A stretch of DNA of 64,000 nt from Chloropicon primus. Its lineage: Eukaryota. The DNA is taken from positions 372,001 to 436,000 of the forward strand of contig CP060754.1 in the NCBI GenBank assembly GCA_023205875.1, given 5' to 3'. The stretch's first letter is position 1; each line of letters opens with the position of its first letter. Made by a program: the position numbers and the translations under genes. Shown in pieces: positions 42,250 through 52,228 of this stretch. The notes beneath the pieces were generated by a model that was not told the DNA's origin, did not search any database, and saw only the letters and a program-made list of their open reading frames with translations.

Positions 42250-43419
42250 TTACAATTTCTCAGAATCATCTCGCTCCCTCGAAGGTCGCCGCTTCCCGTC
42301 GGCGCCGATCTCGCGGACCGCCGCCCTCGCCGTGCTCGCGGAGGGCCTGTCCCCGGGGTCGAAGGACAGGAGACCCCTCAGCAGCTCCGCGAACGCCTCG
42401 CCCCCGCGGCCGCGCTCCACCTCGCGCCCCCGCCCCGCCGTCGCCCCCATCTCCCGGCTGTGGTCCAGCGCGCTTCTCCTTCGCACTTGAGTCTGGTACT
42501 CGATCTCGCAGTCCGGCAGGCCTTCCCAAGGCATCCTCCCGACCGCCATCTCCAGGAGCACCCCCCCGAAGCTGTACATGTCGCTCTTGGCTGAAGCGCG
42601 CTGGCTCCCCCCCGACACGACTTCGGGCGCCGCGTAGTTCGTGCACCCCCTCATTCTCTGCTCCGAGGGCCTCTGCTCCGACAGCCGCCTCGCGCACCCA
42701 AAGTCCGTGAGGAAGGCCCTGCCCCCCTCGCCGATCAGGATGTTCTTCGGGTTGATGTCGCAGTGGCAGATCCCCTTGGAGTGCAGGTGCTCGAGGGCCT
42801 CGGCGACGTCGCTCGCCGTCCGAAGAATCTGGCCGAGATCCAAGCAAGTGCCCCCGCCCCCGCCCTCCCGAGCCCCCTTCCCGCGGGGCCCCGCGTACAG
42901 CAGGCTCCACAAGTCGGACGGGGTGCCTTCGCCCACCCCCGCGGACGGCGCGACGAGTTCCTGGATCATCAGAATCTCGGTCCTCTCCATGCACACGCCG
43001 ATCAGCCTCGGAATCCTCTCGTGGTCCAGCAACGAGTGCAGCAGGATCTCCAGCGGGAGGCTCAGGAGGACGTCCATCCCGTCCACACCACCCGGGCTCG
43101 CCTTCCCGCCCCCCCCCTCTTCCTCGTCCACCAGGGTCGCCACCGGGATGCACTTCACCGCGACAAGGCCGTAGTTCGACAGCCGGGCCTTGACCGTGAT
43201 GGCGCTCTTTCCGATCCCGATCATCTCGATCACGTCCAAGCTCGAGGCGTCGAAGCACCGCAGGGTCGTGTGCTGGATCTGACCGCCCCCCTCCTCCTGA
43301 AACGACGCCGACGCCGTCGACGCCGACGTCTGCCGTTTGCCCCCCTCGAGGGTGAAGCGCGCTCCCTCAGGGCCCGCGCGGACAACGCTCGAGGTCCTCC
43401 GCGGGGTGATCTCCGTCAT
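42250..43419 (-). CDS. Ser/Thr (TKL-like) protein kinase
   Basis: IGIGKS, VAVK, HCDINPKNILI, TDFG, YAAPE, SDMYSFG. Confidence 0.88.
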   Translation of the reverse strand: MTEITPRRTSSVVRAGPEGARFTLEGGKRQTSASTASASFQEEGGGQIQHTTLRCFDASSLDVIEMIGIGKSAITVKARLSNYGLVAVKCIPVATLVDEEEGGGGKASPGGVDGMDVLLSLPLEILLHSLLDHERIPRLIGVCMERTEILMIQELVAPSAGVGEGTPSDLWSLLYAGPRGKGAREGGGGGTCLDLGQILRTASDVAEALEHLHSKGICHCDINPKNILIGEGGRAFLTDFGCARRLSEQRPSEQRMRGCTNYAAPEVVSGGSQRASAKSDMYSFGGVLLEMAVGRMPWEGLPDCEIEYQTQVRRRSALDHSREMGATAGRGREVERGRGGEAFAELLRGLLSFDPGDRPSASTARAAVREIGADGKRRPSRERDDSEKL

Positions 43420-43691
43420 GGCGTGCGTCCGAACTCAACTCAAGACACCGCCATCGCCCCCGCCCCGAGCCTCCCCGGAGTTATATGACACACACCCGCA
43501 AAAAAGTCTGAGCCTTCCATCGCTCCGGGCTTTCTTGGACCCCCACCCCGCTTTCGGAGCGTCGAGGGAGAAAAGAAAAGCCGTTACGAGATTCCGCTTT
43601 AAAAGGGAGGAGTGACAGATGGGCGAGGAAGGCCCTGGGTGGTGTGGTGGTGTGTGTGCGTGCGAGTGCGAAGAGGGAGAGGGTCTGGGCG

Positions 43692-44579
43692 ATGGGTGGG
43701 TCGCTGTCGTGCGCGTGCTACGATCCAAAAGCAAAAGTAGAGTCGCTCCGCTCCGAGCCGCCTCAGTCTCGTCGTCGCACCGAGGGCGAGGGGAAGGGGG
43801 CGAAGAAGAAGCCCTCGACGGTCGAGCACGTGGTTCCGTCGTCGTCGCCGGGGGGTGGCAGGAGGTCCCGGAAGCGCACGAGCACCACGGTCTTCGCCTT
43901 CGAGGAGGTCGAATCGGGTTTCCAAGAGGAACAGGAGGAGCAGGAGCGACCCCGACCTCCCGAGGAGGAAGAATTAGGGAAGAAAGGGGGGGCGGAGGAG
44001 GAGCCTGCGAGAACAGAGTCCTCCTCCTCCGCAGAATCGGTCGAGGACGAAGGAGAGGGAGGTGGGGAACGTCAAGAGGGAAAGGAACAGGGTGAAGTCG
44101 ACCATCGTGATGATGGAGACGAAGTCTCCTCCACACTCATGGACTCCTCCCCCGCCGCCTCCTTCACTCGTCCCGTCGCCGTCGAGCTAGTCATCGAGCT
44201 GGCTGGGGTGGACGTCTCGGCAAGAATCCGCCAATTTGAGGACGCCACGAAGCCCCCCCAGCCTCCGACCCCGGTCACCCCGTCGGAGCAGGGGGTGGGG
44301 AAGCTCGCCCTCCGCCTGCTGTCAGCCCTCGTCCTCGTCGCCGTCGTCGCCACGAGCGCTTCGTCCTCGTCCAAGTGTACGACGGGGACTGTGGTTCCCT
44401 CGGGGAAGCGGGGTCGGGCCGGGTGGCTCAAGCCCCTCCGTCGTCTCCTGGCGCCGCTCTGGTCGACTTCGAGACCACCCACCAAGGCGCTGAACGCCCC
44501 CCAAGGGGTGGTGGTGGCGAAGCGCGGCGAAGTGATGAGAACGAACGAAGTGCTGCTCTTTCCTTCCTCTGTCTCGTGA
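43692..44579 (+). CDS. Hypothetical acidic low-complexity protein with MGGSLSCAC acylation motif and a hydrophobic segment
   Basis: Fills the space between the kinase and RTRAF; E-rich; LALRLLSALVLVAVVA. No family recognised. Confidence 0.5.
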   Translation: MGGSLSCACYDPKAKVESLRSEPPQSRRRTEGEGKGAKKKPSTVEHVVPSSSPGGGRRSRKRTSTTVFAFEEVESGFQEEQEEQERPRPPEEEELGKKGGAEEEPARTESSSSAESVEDEGEGGGERQEGKEQGEVDHRDDGDEVSSTLMDSSPAASFTRPVAVELVIELAGVDVSARIRQFEDATKPPQPPTPVTPSEQGVGKLALRLLSALVLVAVVATSASSSSKCTTGTVVPSGKRGRAGWLKPLRRLLAPLWSTSRPPTKALNAPQGVVVAKRGEVMRTNEVLLFPSSVS

Positions 44580-44656
44580 GAACGTGCCCCAGCAAGCTGC
44601 GGAGCGGATAAAATATACACAAAGAAGAATTTACAACGTCCGCCCGGTCCGTTATC

Positions 44657-45400
44657 TTATCGCCCAACCTTTCCCAGCTTGGAGTCCGTCTTCGGGTTCG
44701 CGGTGTACTCCTGGACGCCGACCACCGTCTCGTCGATCGTGGTCTGCAGGCCTCGGAGGTCCTGGATGTACAGGGACCTGAGAACGAGGGCGGCGGAGTC
44801 CACCGCCTCGTCCCCCGTGGTGAAGCCCAGGGGCAGGGAGCAGAGGTCGATCTGGGCGCCGACCCCGTTCCTCGCCTCCGCGGCCCGCACCAGCGGGTCG
44901 ACCGAGGCTCGGACCCTCTCCAGCAGGGCCTCCGTGGTGACGCCCTCCTTGGGGAGGTCGAGGGTGCGAGCCATCTCCTCGACGAGGTCCCTGCAGGCCC
45001 TGCTCCCGACGTCCGGGAACGGCTTCTCCGCCCCCCCCTTCCCCAGGCCCGGGGCGGGCGGGTCGTCCAGGGTCAGCATGTTCAACTTGTTGGCGTTGTC
45101 CCTGTACTCGAGGCTCAGCGCGTAGTTCAGCACCCAGTCCAGCGCCCCCGCGTCCTCGGCCTTGTAGGGGCACTCCAGGGCCTCCAGGTAGGCCTCGAAA
45201 GTCCTCGTCCAGGTCGAGCTCCCGTGGTCCCTCAGCGCCTCCCGCTCCTCGACCTTGTGCAGCCGGATCTTTGTGTCCTCCACCCAGGACACCAGCTCCC
45301 TGAACTTCTTGCTCCCGAGCCCCCCCGAGGAGTCCCCCTCGGACCACGAACCCCCGTACCCCAGCGCCCGGAGCACCAAACTCGTCGTGTTCGCCGCCAT
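44657..45400 (-). CDS. RTRAF: RTRAF/CGI-99 (C14orf166) tRNA-ligase complex subunit
   Basis: LVSWVEDTKIR, LRSLYIQDLRGLQTTIDETVVGVQEYTANPKTDSKLGKVGR. Confidence 0.9.
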   Translation of the reverse strand: MAANTTSLVLRALGYGGSWSEGDSSGGLGSKKFRELVSWVEDTKIRLHKVEEREALRDHGSSTWTRTFEAYLEALECPYKAEDAGALDWVLNYALSLEYRDNANKLNMLTLDDPPAPGLGKGGAEKPFPDVGSRACRDLVEEMARTLDLPKEGVTTEALLERVRASVDPLVRAAEARNGVGAQIDLCSLPLGFTTGDEAVDSAALVLRSLYIQDLRGLQTTIDETVVGVQEYTANPKTDSKLGKVGR

Positions 45401-45869
45401 AGCCTGCCTGCCTGTGTATCAGGACTCGTTCGTTTCGTGCCACTCCAATCAAGTCAAGTCAAGTCAAGTCAAATCAACGCAAACGCAAACGCAAACGCGC
45501 AATCCAAGCCGCCCCCTCAACCTGGCCGTGTCCTTCTCCCCCTCCGCGCGACCTGGCGACGACCCTTTGCTGTGCCGGAGTCGTCGTCGTCCTCGCCAAG
45601 GCTCTCTTCCCTGAGGCTCGCTGCCATGATGGGTGTACCGATTGTACACCCGTCTGTCGCCTTATCTCAGGTAGATCTTGTTGATCTCTCGAATCGATTG
45701 GGTGGTTGAGAAGGAAGACGCAAAGAGAGGAGCGGCCGAGACGGAAGCGACAAGGTGAGTGAGGGCGCGCACACGGAGGCAAGGCGAAGGGTTCGGAGTC
45801 AAGAGGGGGAACGGACAATGTGGACTAACTCTTTCCCTTCCTTCGTTTTCTTCCCCGTTTTCTTCTCGC

Positions 45870-45931
45870 TCTTCTTCATCTTCTTCTTCTTCTTCTTCTT
45901 CTTCTTCTTCTTCGTCGTCGTCGTCGTCGAC
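45870..45931. repeat. (TTC)n(GTC)n trinucleotide tract inside a probable petC 5'-UTR intron (45755-45960)
   Basis: Read directly; AAG|GTGAGT donor and ACTAAC branch motif. Confidence 0.8.
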
Positions 45932-45961
45932 GTGGAATCCCGTTTTCTTACACGAAGAAGG

Positions 45962-46606
45962 ATGAGCGCCAGCAAGTTGAGCTCGAAGAAGTGCGTGGGT
46001 GGGGCCTCCTTGGCCCTCCCGGCGAGAAGGACCGCGAGGGCCGGACGCCCCGGAGCCGTGGGCGTGAAGGCCGCCGCGGCGGGGGGGTACGTGCCCGACA
46101 TGAACAGGAGGAACGTGATGAACCTCCTCCTCGTGGGCGCGGCCGGCTTGCCTGCCGCCACCATGGCGGGTGCGTTCGCGTGGTTCTTCTACCCCGCCAG
46201 CAGCGGCGGCGGGGGCGGAGGCCTGACCGCCAAGGACGCGCTCGGAAACGACGTGACGTCCAAGGGCTGGCTCGCCACCCACCAACCGGGAGACCACTCC
46301 CTCACCCAGGGACTCAAGGGAGACCCCACGTACCTCGTGGTCACCACCGAGAACAAGATCGAGAACTACGGAATCAACGCCGTGTGCACCCACCTGGGAT
46401 GCGTCGTCCCATGGAACGTCCCGGAGCAGAAGTTCAAGTGCCCCTGCCACGGCTCGCAGTACAACGCTCAGGGAAGGGTCGTCCGCGGACCTGCCCCGCT
46501 CTCCCTCGCGTTGGCCCACGCCGAGATCGACGCCGACGACAAGGTCGTCTTCACCCCTTGGACCGAGACCGACTTCAGGACCGGGTTGGACCCATGGTGG
46601 AAGTAA
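45962..46606 (+). CDS. petC: Cytochrome b6f Rieske iron-sulfur subunit
   Basis: [46 protein letters not shown]. Confidence 0.97.
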   Translation: MSASKLSSKKCVGGASLALPARRTARAGRPGAVGVKAAAAGGYVPDMNRRNVMNLLLVGAAGLPAATMAGAFAWFFYPASSGGGGGGLTAKDALGNDVTSKGWLATHQPGDHSLTQGLKGDPTYLVVTTENKIENYGINAVCTHLGCVVPWNVPEQKFKCPCHGSQYNAQGRVVRGPAPLSLALAHAEIDADDKVVFTPWTETDFRTGLDPWWK

Positions 46607-46877
46607 GGAGCTTGAGGAAGTGCCCCTCTCTAGTAAGGAGAAAGGAAAAATAGTAAAAAAGAAAGGGCCGAAAATTGTAAATAGAACTTCCACAGACCCC
46701 CACTCCTGCCCCCCTCGCGATGCATCCCGGAGCCTCATCCTTCCGCCTCGCTCGCTGCTCTTGGCCACCTTCCCCCTCGGTTCGCTCGCCCCGCTCCCCG
46801 GTTGTGGAAAATCGTGGAAACGTTTAAGAGAGGAGAGAGCAGGTGGACGCCGGTCCTCCTGTCGCCCGCCGTCCATC

Positions 46878-47483
46878 ATGGCTTCGAAGCTTCTGGTTCG
46901 GAAGGAGATGAAGGCCCGACTCGCCAAGCTGTCGGTCGACCAGGCGAGGACCGAGAGCGCCAAGGTCCTGACCACCCTCCTGGCCTGGCAGCCCTTCAAG
47001 CGGGCGGCCAAGGTGGGCCTCTACTGCTCGTCGGAGAAGATGATCGAGGTTCAGACTCCGCAGCTGATCGAGGCCTGCCTCTCCGCCGAGAAGGCTTGCT
47101 TCCTTCCGAAGGTGGACGGCGACGGGGAGATGCGCCTCCTGCGGGTCTCCTCCGTCTCGGAGCTCTCCCCGGCCCCGCCGTTTGGCATTCCGGAGCCGGT
47201 GCCTCGGCCTCAGGGGATGGCCCTGAGGCCGGAGGCCCTGGACGAGGGGCTGGACCTCCTCGTGGTGCCGGGGCTGGCCTTCGACGAGGAGGGGAGGAGG
47301 CTCGGGCGGGGCGGTGGCTACTACGACAGGTACATCGAGAAGCTGCTCTCCCAGGAGTCTCGGCCCCTCCTCGCGGGGGTCTGCTTCTCGTGCCAAGTCC
47401 TGCCGGAGGTGCCCTGCGAGGAACACGACGCGAGAATGGACGCAGTTGTGGTGCCAGGGAAAGTGTTATTATATGAGTCGTAA
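46878..47483 (+). CDS. 5-formyltetrahydrofolate cyclo-ligase
   Basis: FGIPEP, LDLLVVPGLAFDEEGRRLGRGGGYYDRY, EEHDARMD. Confidence 0.93.
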   Translation: MASKLLVRKEMKARLAKLSVDQARTESAKVLTTLLAWQPFKRAAKVGLYCSSEKMIEVQTPQLIEACLSAEKACFLPKVDGDGEMRLLRVSSVSELSPAPPFGIPEPVPRPQGMALRPEALDEGLDLLVVPGLAFDEEGRRLGRGGGYYDRYIEKLLSQESRPLLAGVCFSCQVLPEVPCEEHDARMDAVVVPGKVLLYES

Positions 47484-47501
47484 TCGTGACCGTTACTGGG
47501 T

Positions 47502-50495
47502 TTACTGGCTCGTCGCCTTCCTCGTCTTGTACCAGACCAGCTCCCTGTTGGCCGCCTTGACGAGCTCCTCAAAGTCCGTGCCCATGTACCGCCCCCACAT
47601 GGTGCTCCTTCTCCAGGTGGACGCCGGGAACGCGGGGCTGGAGAGGGCCTGCATGATCCTGGCGATGGCCCGCCCCGTCAGCATCGTGGGACCCTGCAGG
47701 AGGTGCCGGTTCCCCTGGATGAACACCCGCATGTCCCGGCGCATGAACTGGCTCACCTCCGTCGCCGCCGTCGTTTCGCGCTCCACCACCCCACCATGCT
47801 CCTCGGTGACGCCCTCAAAGTAGCCTCGGAGCCCAGCTTTCAGGACGGCGTCGTCCTCCCCGCCCTTCTCCTTCTCGCCCCCCTCTGACGCGGCCGCTTG
47901 CTTCTCCACCACCCCACGCAAGTAGTCGAGTCTGTGGAGCCCCTCTCTTGCGACCTCCGCCAGCCTCGCGGAGAGCTGCTGGGCCAGAGCCCTCTTCTTC
48001 TCCGGATCGTGGCAGATCTCGTAGCACAGGGCCGGGTCCTTCAGCCTGCACTCGGCGACCCGCGTGCGCTGCATGACGCGCATGTTATCCTGGATCTCCA
48101 AAAGGGACATCTTGCTCTCGGCCGCGAGCTTGGAGAGCTCCACGGTGTAGTGCCCACCCCTCTTGCTCGTCGCGCACCTCTTGATGTGCTCCACGAGGGG
48201 CAATTTGTCGGGCACGTCGCCGGTGTCGAAGAAGAACACGAAGTCACAAACGTGCCCCACCAAAGGCTGGAGAACCTTGACCAAACCGCTCGTTCCGTCC
48301 TCCTCCGATGCCATGTCCTCCAGGAAGGACAGCACGGTCTCGATCATGCCTTCCCTGATGTCGAGGCCCATGGAGGCCTCCTGCAGGGGCAAGATGCCTA
48401 TGGGGTTGCCGGCGCCCGTTGGATGGGCAATCGTTCTGCCGTTGAAAATTTTGCAAAGGAGGGAGTAGACGCAACTCTCGTCTGTGCCATCCGAATGGCA
48501 GAGCGACCTCAGCCTCTGGTACCCCTTTTGCGAGTAAAACATGTGGCACGTGGCTTCCCTGCCATCCCTCCCCGCTCTCCCGATCTGCTGGACATACTCC
48601 TCCACGCTCCTTGGCATCTCAGAGTGAACGACTGCGTCCACGTCGTGCTTGTCCAGGCCCATCCCAAACGCCACCGTCGCAGCCACGACTCGAATCTTAC
48701 CCTTGCAGAAGAGATCCTGGATGCGGTCCCTTTCCGTGCTTGTCATCTTGGCGTGGTAGGCCTTGGCGAGAACTCCGTTGGTGTAGAGGTGCGCAGCCAC
48801 CAGCTCTGCTTCCAGCTGGAAATTGCAGTAGATGATGACAGACTGCTTTGTCTCCAGGCTGCCCCCTGGCTTGAGCAAAGCCAGCACAGTGTTATTGAAG
48901 GTGTCTCCAATCAGCTCCGAGGCGCACAACCGCAGGTTGGAGCGGAGCGGGGGCATCTCCTTTACAACGCTGCTGTCGTCCAGTTTGAGCACCTTGCGAA
49001 TCGAGGAGATGGTTTTCGCGGTAGCAGTCGCCGTGAGAGCCAAAACCGTCTTCACCTTCAAGTCCTCGTACAGGATCCTCCCGAGGCGAAAATAGGCCGG
49101 ACGGAATGTGTGCCCCCACTCCGAGATGCAGTGGGCTTCGTCAATGCACACGAAAGGCGGGGCCTCCCCGATGCCCTGGAAGGCCTGCAGGAAAGCCTTG
49201 GAGGAAAGCCTCTCTGGCGAGATGAACACGATTTTGATCTTGTTCGAACGAATTCTCTCGAGCGTCCCCAGAGCCTCGGCGCTCGTCTGGCTGCTGCACA
49301 AGATCCCTTTGGGTATACTCTTCGGAAGCTTTGACATCTGGTCCTTCATGAGGGCGAGCAGGGGCGAAATCACGATGATTGGGGCCCGAGCCTCCGTCAC
49401 GAGGGCGGGAATTTGGTACAGCAGGGACTTCCCGTGTCCTGTCGGCATGATCGCGAGGGTCGACTTGCCTTGAAGAATCCTCTGGATGATCTTCAGCTGT
49501 CCTTCCCTGAACCCCTTGAACCCAAAGGTCTGCTCCAAGTGCTCTCTCACGAGCTCGTTCTCTTTGCCACCTGCCAGAGCCTCTCGCAGCTCCTCCACGG
49601 GCACGGCGGTCTCCTCCGTCTCCACGGGGGTTGGCTCGCCGACCCCTCCCTTGGCGCTGCCACCCCGAGCGGCCTCGTCGGTCTGGGGGCGCTGCCCTGC
49701 CACGCCCTCCGAGGCAACGTCGCCGTCGAGGAGCATGTCGAAGGGCTGAAAGTCTCTCTTCGTCCCGGCCTTCGACGGGCCTCCTCTTCTCCCCCCTCCC
49801 CGGGGGAGGCGTCCCGTCCTGCTGACCTGGCAGAAGTTGGAAGTCGTCACCTTCTTCGACCCCTTGCCGTAGCCCCCGGAACCCTTGAAGCGCTTGCGGT
49901 AAATGTTTTGCTTGCCCTTCTTCCTGGGCTTGTAGCTCGAGAGGGGCCTTGGGTTGTTCGGGTCTGACGCGGAGTACCTCGCCTTCCTGTTGTCCCACTT
50001 TTGCGGCTTTGGCGCGTCCTCCAAGATGTCCACGACTTGCGTGAACAAGCTCCCGAGGAAAGACGGCCCCTGCTCCGCGGTCCCAGGATTCGCTGCCCCG
50101 GCGCCTCCCCTCCTCTTCTTGCCTTCGCTCTCCTCGTCCTCGCCGGCGGGCGGTCTCCTCGGCCTCCTCTTCCGCGTCGCCGTCGAGAGGCTCAGCTTCT
50201 TGGCGCCGGGCAGCTTGCCGGAGCTTCGGCGCGGGATGGACATCACCCTGCTCGCCCTCTCGGGGCTCCCGGAGACGTGCGAGTCGTCGTCGGAGTCGTC
50301 CCCGCCCGTCGGGACACCCTTCGCGGTCGCACCTTCCTCGTCCCCGCGTCTCCACCTCTGCTTCAGGTTCGTGAGCTCCCTCAGCAGGATCCTCTGCTCC
50401 CCCGGTATCTCCTCCTTCCTCGGGTCCCTCCCGTTCGTCCTCTTGAAGTCCTCCCTCCACCCCACCAGCTTCGCCCTCAGCCTCGCCTCCTCCAT
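47502..50495 (-). CDS. RECQL4: RecQ4-like DNA helicase with Sld2-like N-terminus
   Basis: WREDFKRTNGRDPRKEEI; PTGHGKSLLYQIP; DEAHCISEWGHTFRPAY; ATVAFGMGLDK; IARIMQALSSPAFP. Confidence 0.9.
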   Translation of the reverse strand: MEEARLRAKLVGWREDFKRTNGRDPRKEEIPGEQRILLRELTNLKQRWRRGDEEGATAKGVPTGGDDSDDDSHVSGSPERASRVMSIPRRSSGKLPGAKKLSLSTATRKRRPRRPPAGEDEESEGKKRRGGAGAANPGTAEQGPSFLGSLFTQVVDILEDAPKPQKWDNRKARYSASDPNNPRPLSSYKPRKKGKQNIYRKRFKGSGGYGKGSKKVTTSNFCQVSRTGRLPRGGGRRGGPSKAGTKRDFQPFDMLLDGDVASEGVAGQRPQTDEAARGGSAKGGVGEPTPVETEETAVPVEELREALAGGKENELVREHLEQTFGFKGFREGQLKIIQRILQGKSTLAIMPTGHGKSLLYQIPALVTEARAPIIVISPLLALMKDQMSKLPKSIPKGILCSSQTSAEALGTLERIRSNKIKIVFISPERLSSKAFLQAFQGIGEAPPFVCIDEAHCISEWGHTFRPAYFRLGRILYEDLKVKTVLALTATATAKTISSIRKVLKLDDSSVVKEMPPLRSNLRLCASELIGDTFNNTVLALLKPGGSLETKQSVIIYCNFQLEAELVAAHLYTNGVLAKAYHAKMTSTERDRIQDLFCKGKIRVVAATVAFGMGLDKHDVDAVVHSEMPRSVEEYVQQIGRAGRDGREATCHMFYSQKGYQRLRSLCHSDGTDESCVYSLLCKIFNGRTIAHPTGAGNPIGILPLQEASMGLDIREGMIETVLSFLEDMASEEDGTSGLVKVLQPLVGHVCDFVFFFDTGDVPDKLPLVEHIKRCATSKRGGHYTVELSKLAAESKMSLLEIQDNMRVMQRTRVAECRLKDPALCYEICHDPEKKRALAQQLSARLAEVAREGLHRLDYLRGVVEKQAAASEGGEKEKGGEDDAVLKAGLRGYFEGVTEEHGGVVERETTAATEVSQFMRRDMRVFIQGNRHLLQGPTMLTGRAIARIMQALSSPAFPASTWRRSTMWGRYMGTDFEELVKAANRELVWYKTRKATSQ

Positions 50496-50760
50496 CACCG
50501 CCCAACGAGAAGAAGAACGAGAAGAAGAACCAGCCGAAGAGGCACACGCCACGCACACGCCCCGGCCGCGCGCCCTTCCTTCCTTCCAAAGCCAATGGAT
50601 CGGTCTCGGTCGCGGCGCGCGATCTGTCGCAAAAAAAATTAGCAGCTCGAGCTTGGCGCGTTTTTTTCTGTTTTCTGGCAGCAAGTAGAAAAGGCCACGG
50701 AGGAAGGGCAAAGGAAGGCTTTGGGGCTGTCGTGGTGGGTTGGTGGGTGGGTTGTGTTTG

Positions 50761-51963
50761 ATGAGAGTGGGCGCGGCGGAGCGTGCGGGGGGAGCGGGAC
50801 GAAGAAGGACGACGAGGGCGAGTTGCGCGGCGGGGGGGCGAGCGAGAACGAGGGCGTGGGGAGGGCCGCCGGACACCAGGAGGGCTGTGACCCGGGGACA
50901 AGCTTGTCCGGGAAAGGAGAGGACCACCAGGGGGTTGAGAGTAGTTGCGGGGTCGAGGGCGCCTAAGTTCGCTTTCGGATCGTCCGAGGAGATGGATCCC
51001 CAGAAGAAGAAGAAGTCGTGCCTGCTTTTCCACTCGCCTGACACGGCGCAGCTGGCGAAGAAGGTGGCGGATGCGAGCTCGAAGATAGAGCTCGGCGAGA
51101 TTGCTTGGAAGCATTTCGCGGACGGGTTTCCGAACCTCTTCATCAACAACGCCCAGAGCCTGAAGAATAGCCACGTGGCGTTCCTCGCGAGCTTCCACGA
51201 CCCTGCTCTGATCTTCGAGCAGCTCTCCATTATTTACGCCTTGCCGCGCATGTTCGTGGGCTCCTTCACCCTCGTCCTGCCGTTCTTCCCGACCGGAACG
51301 GCGGAGAGGATCGAGGCGGAGGGGGAGGTCGCCACCGCGTTCACCCTGGCGCGGATCCTGTCCAACATACCCCTGTCCCGTGGCGGGCCGACCTCCCTGG
51401 TCATATTCGACATCCATGCCCTCCAGGAGCGCTTCTACTTTGGGGACACCGTGCTGCCGCTCTTCGAGAGCGGGATCCCGCTGCTGAAGGCGGAGCTCCT
51501 GAGGCACGCGAGCGACGGGGAGGACTTCGTGATCGCATACCCGGACGAGGGTGCGTGGAAGAGGTTCCACATGTTCTTCCCCGACTACCCCGAGGTTATT
51601 TGCACTAAAGTCCGTGATGGCGACGCGAGAATCGTCAGGCTCAAGGAGGGCAGCCCGCAGGGGAAGCACGTCGTCATTGTGGACGACCTCGTGCAGTCGG
51701 GAGGCACGCTCATCGAGTGCCAGAAGGTTCTGGCGGACCATGGGGCCAAGCACGTGAGCGCCTACGTCACCCACGGCGTTTTCCCCAAGGAGTCGTGGAG
51801 AAAGTTCGCGGCCATGGTGGACTCGGGAAACGGCGCTAAGGACGGGTTCAGGTACTTTTGGCTCACGGACTCGTGCCCCCAGACCGCAAAGGTGGTCGAG
51901 AACACCAAGCCGTTTTACCTCCTGTCCCTGGCGGAGCCTATCGCGTCAGCGCTCGAAATATGA
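50761..51963 (+). CDS. Ribose-phosphate pyrophosphokinase, class II (plant PRS3/4 type)
   Basis: [41 protein letters not shown]. Confidence 0.93.
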   Translation: MRVGAAERAGGAGRRRTTRASCAAGGRARTRAWGGPPDTRRAVTRGQACPGKERTTRGLRVVAGSRAPKFAFGSSEEMDPQKKKKSCLLFHSPDTAQLAKKVADASSKIELGEIAWKHFADGFPNLFINNAQSLKNSHVAFLASFHDPALIFEQLSIIYALPRMFVGSFTLVLPFFPTGTAERIEAEGEVATAFTLARILSNIPLSRGGPTSLVIFDIHALQERFYFGDTVLPLFESGIPLLKAELLRHASDGEDFVIAYPDEGAWKRFHMFFPDYPEVICTKVRDGDARIVRLKEGSPQGKHVVIVDDLVQSGGTLIECQKVLADHGAKHVSAYVTHGVFPKESWRKFAAMVDSGNGAKDGFRYFWLTDSCPQTAKVVENTKPFYLLSLAEPIASALEI

Positions 51964-52228
51964 GAGAAGAAGGCGTCCGTTCTATTAACAATCAGAGAAG
52001 TTGTAAACAAAAACCCTACAAAAAGGGCAAACTTGGAGGAGGAGGCTCTTAAACCCCCGCACCTCCACCACCTTCCCTCCCCCTTGCCCCTCCTGTCCCC
52101 AACATCCATCCTCCTGCCCTCCAGCCAGCAGCCTCCTGCCTCGAATGGAGGAGCAGCCTCTGCGCAAGAGCTGAGGGAGGGAGAAGGGAGTGTCGGTGTC
52201 CGCAGGCGCGCACACTGTGTGGAACGAG

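Noticed and set aside
49141..51774. 877-aa minus ORF and the 5' extension of the RECQL4 ORF to 51230
   Set aside because: These are off-frame or antisense shadows of RECQL4 and PRS in GC-rich DNA, with no domain motifs.
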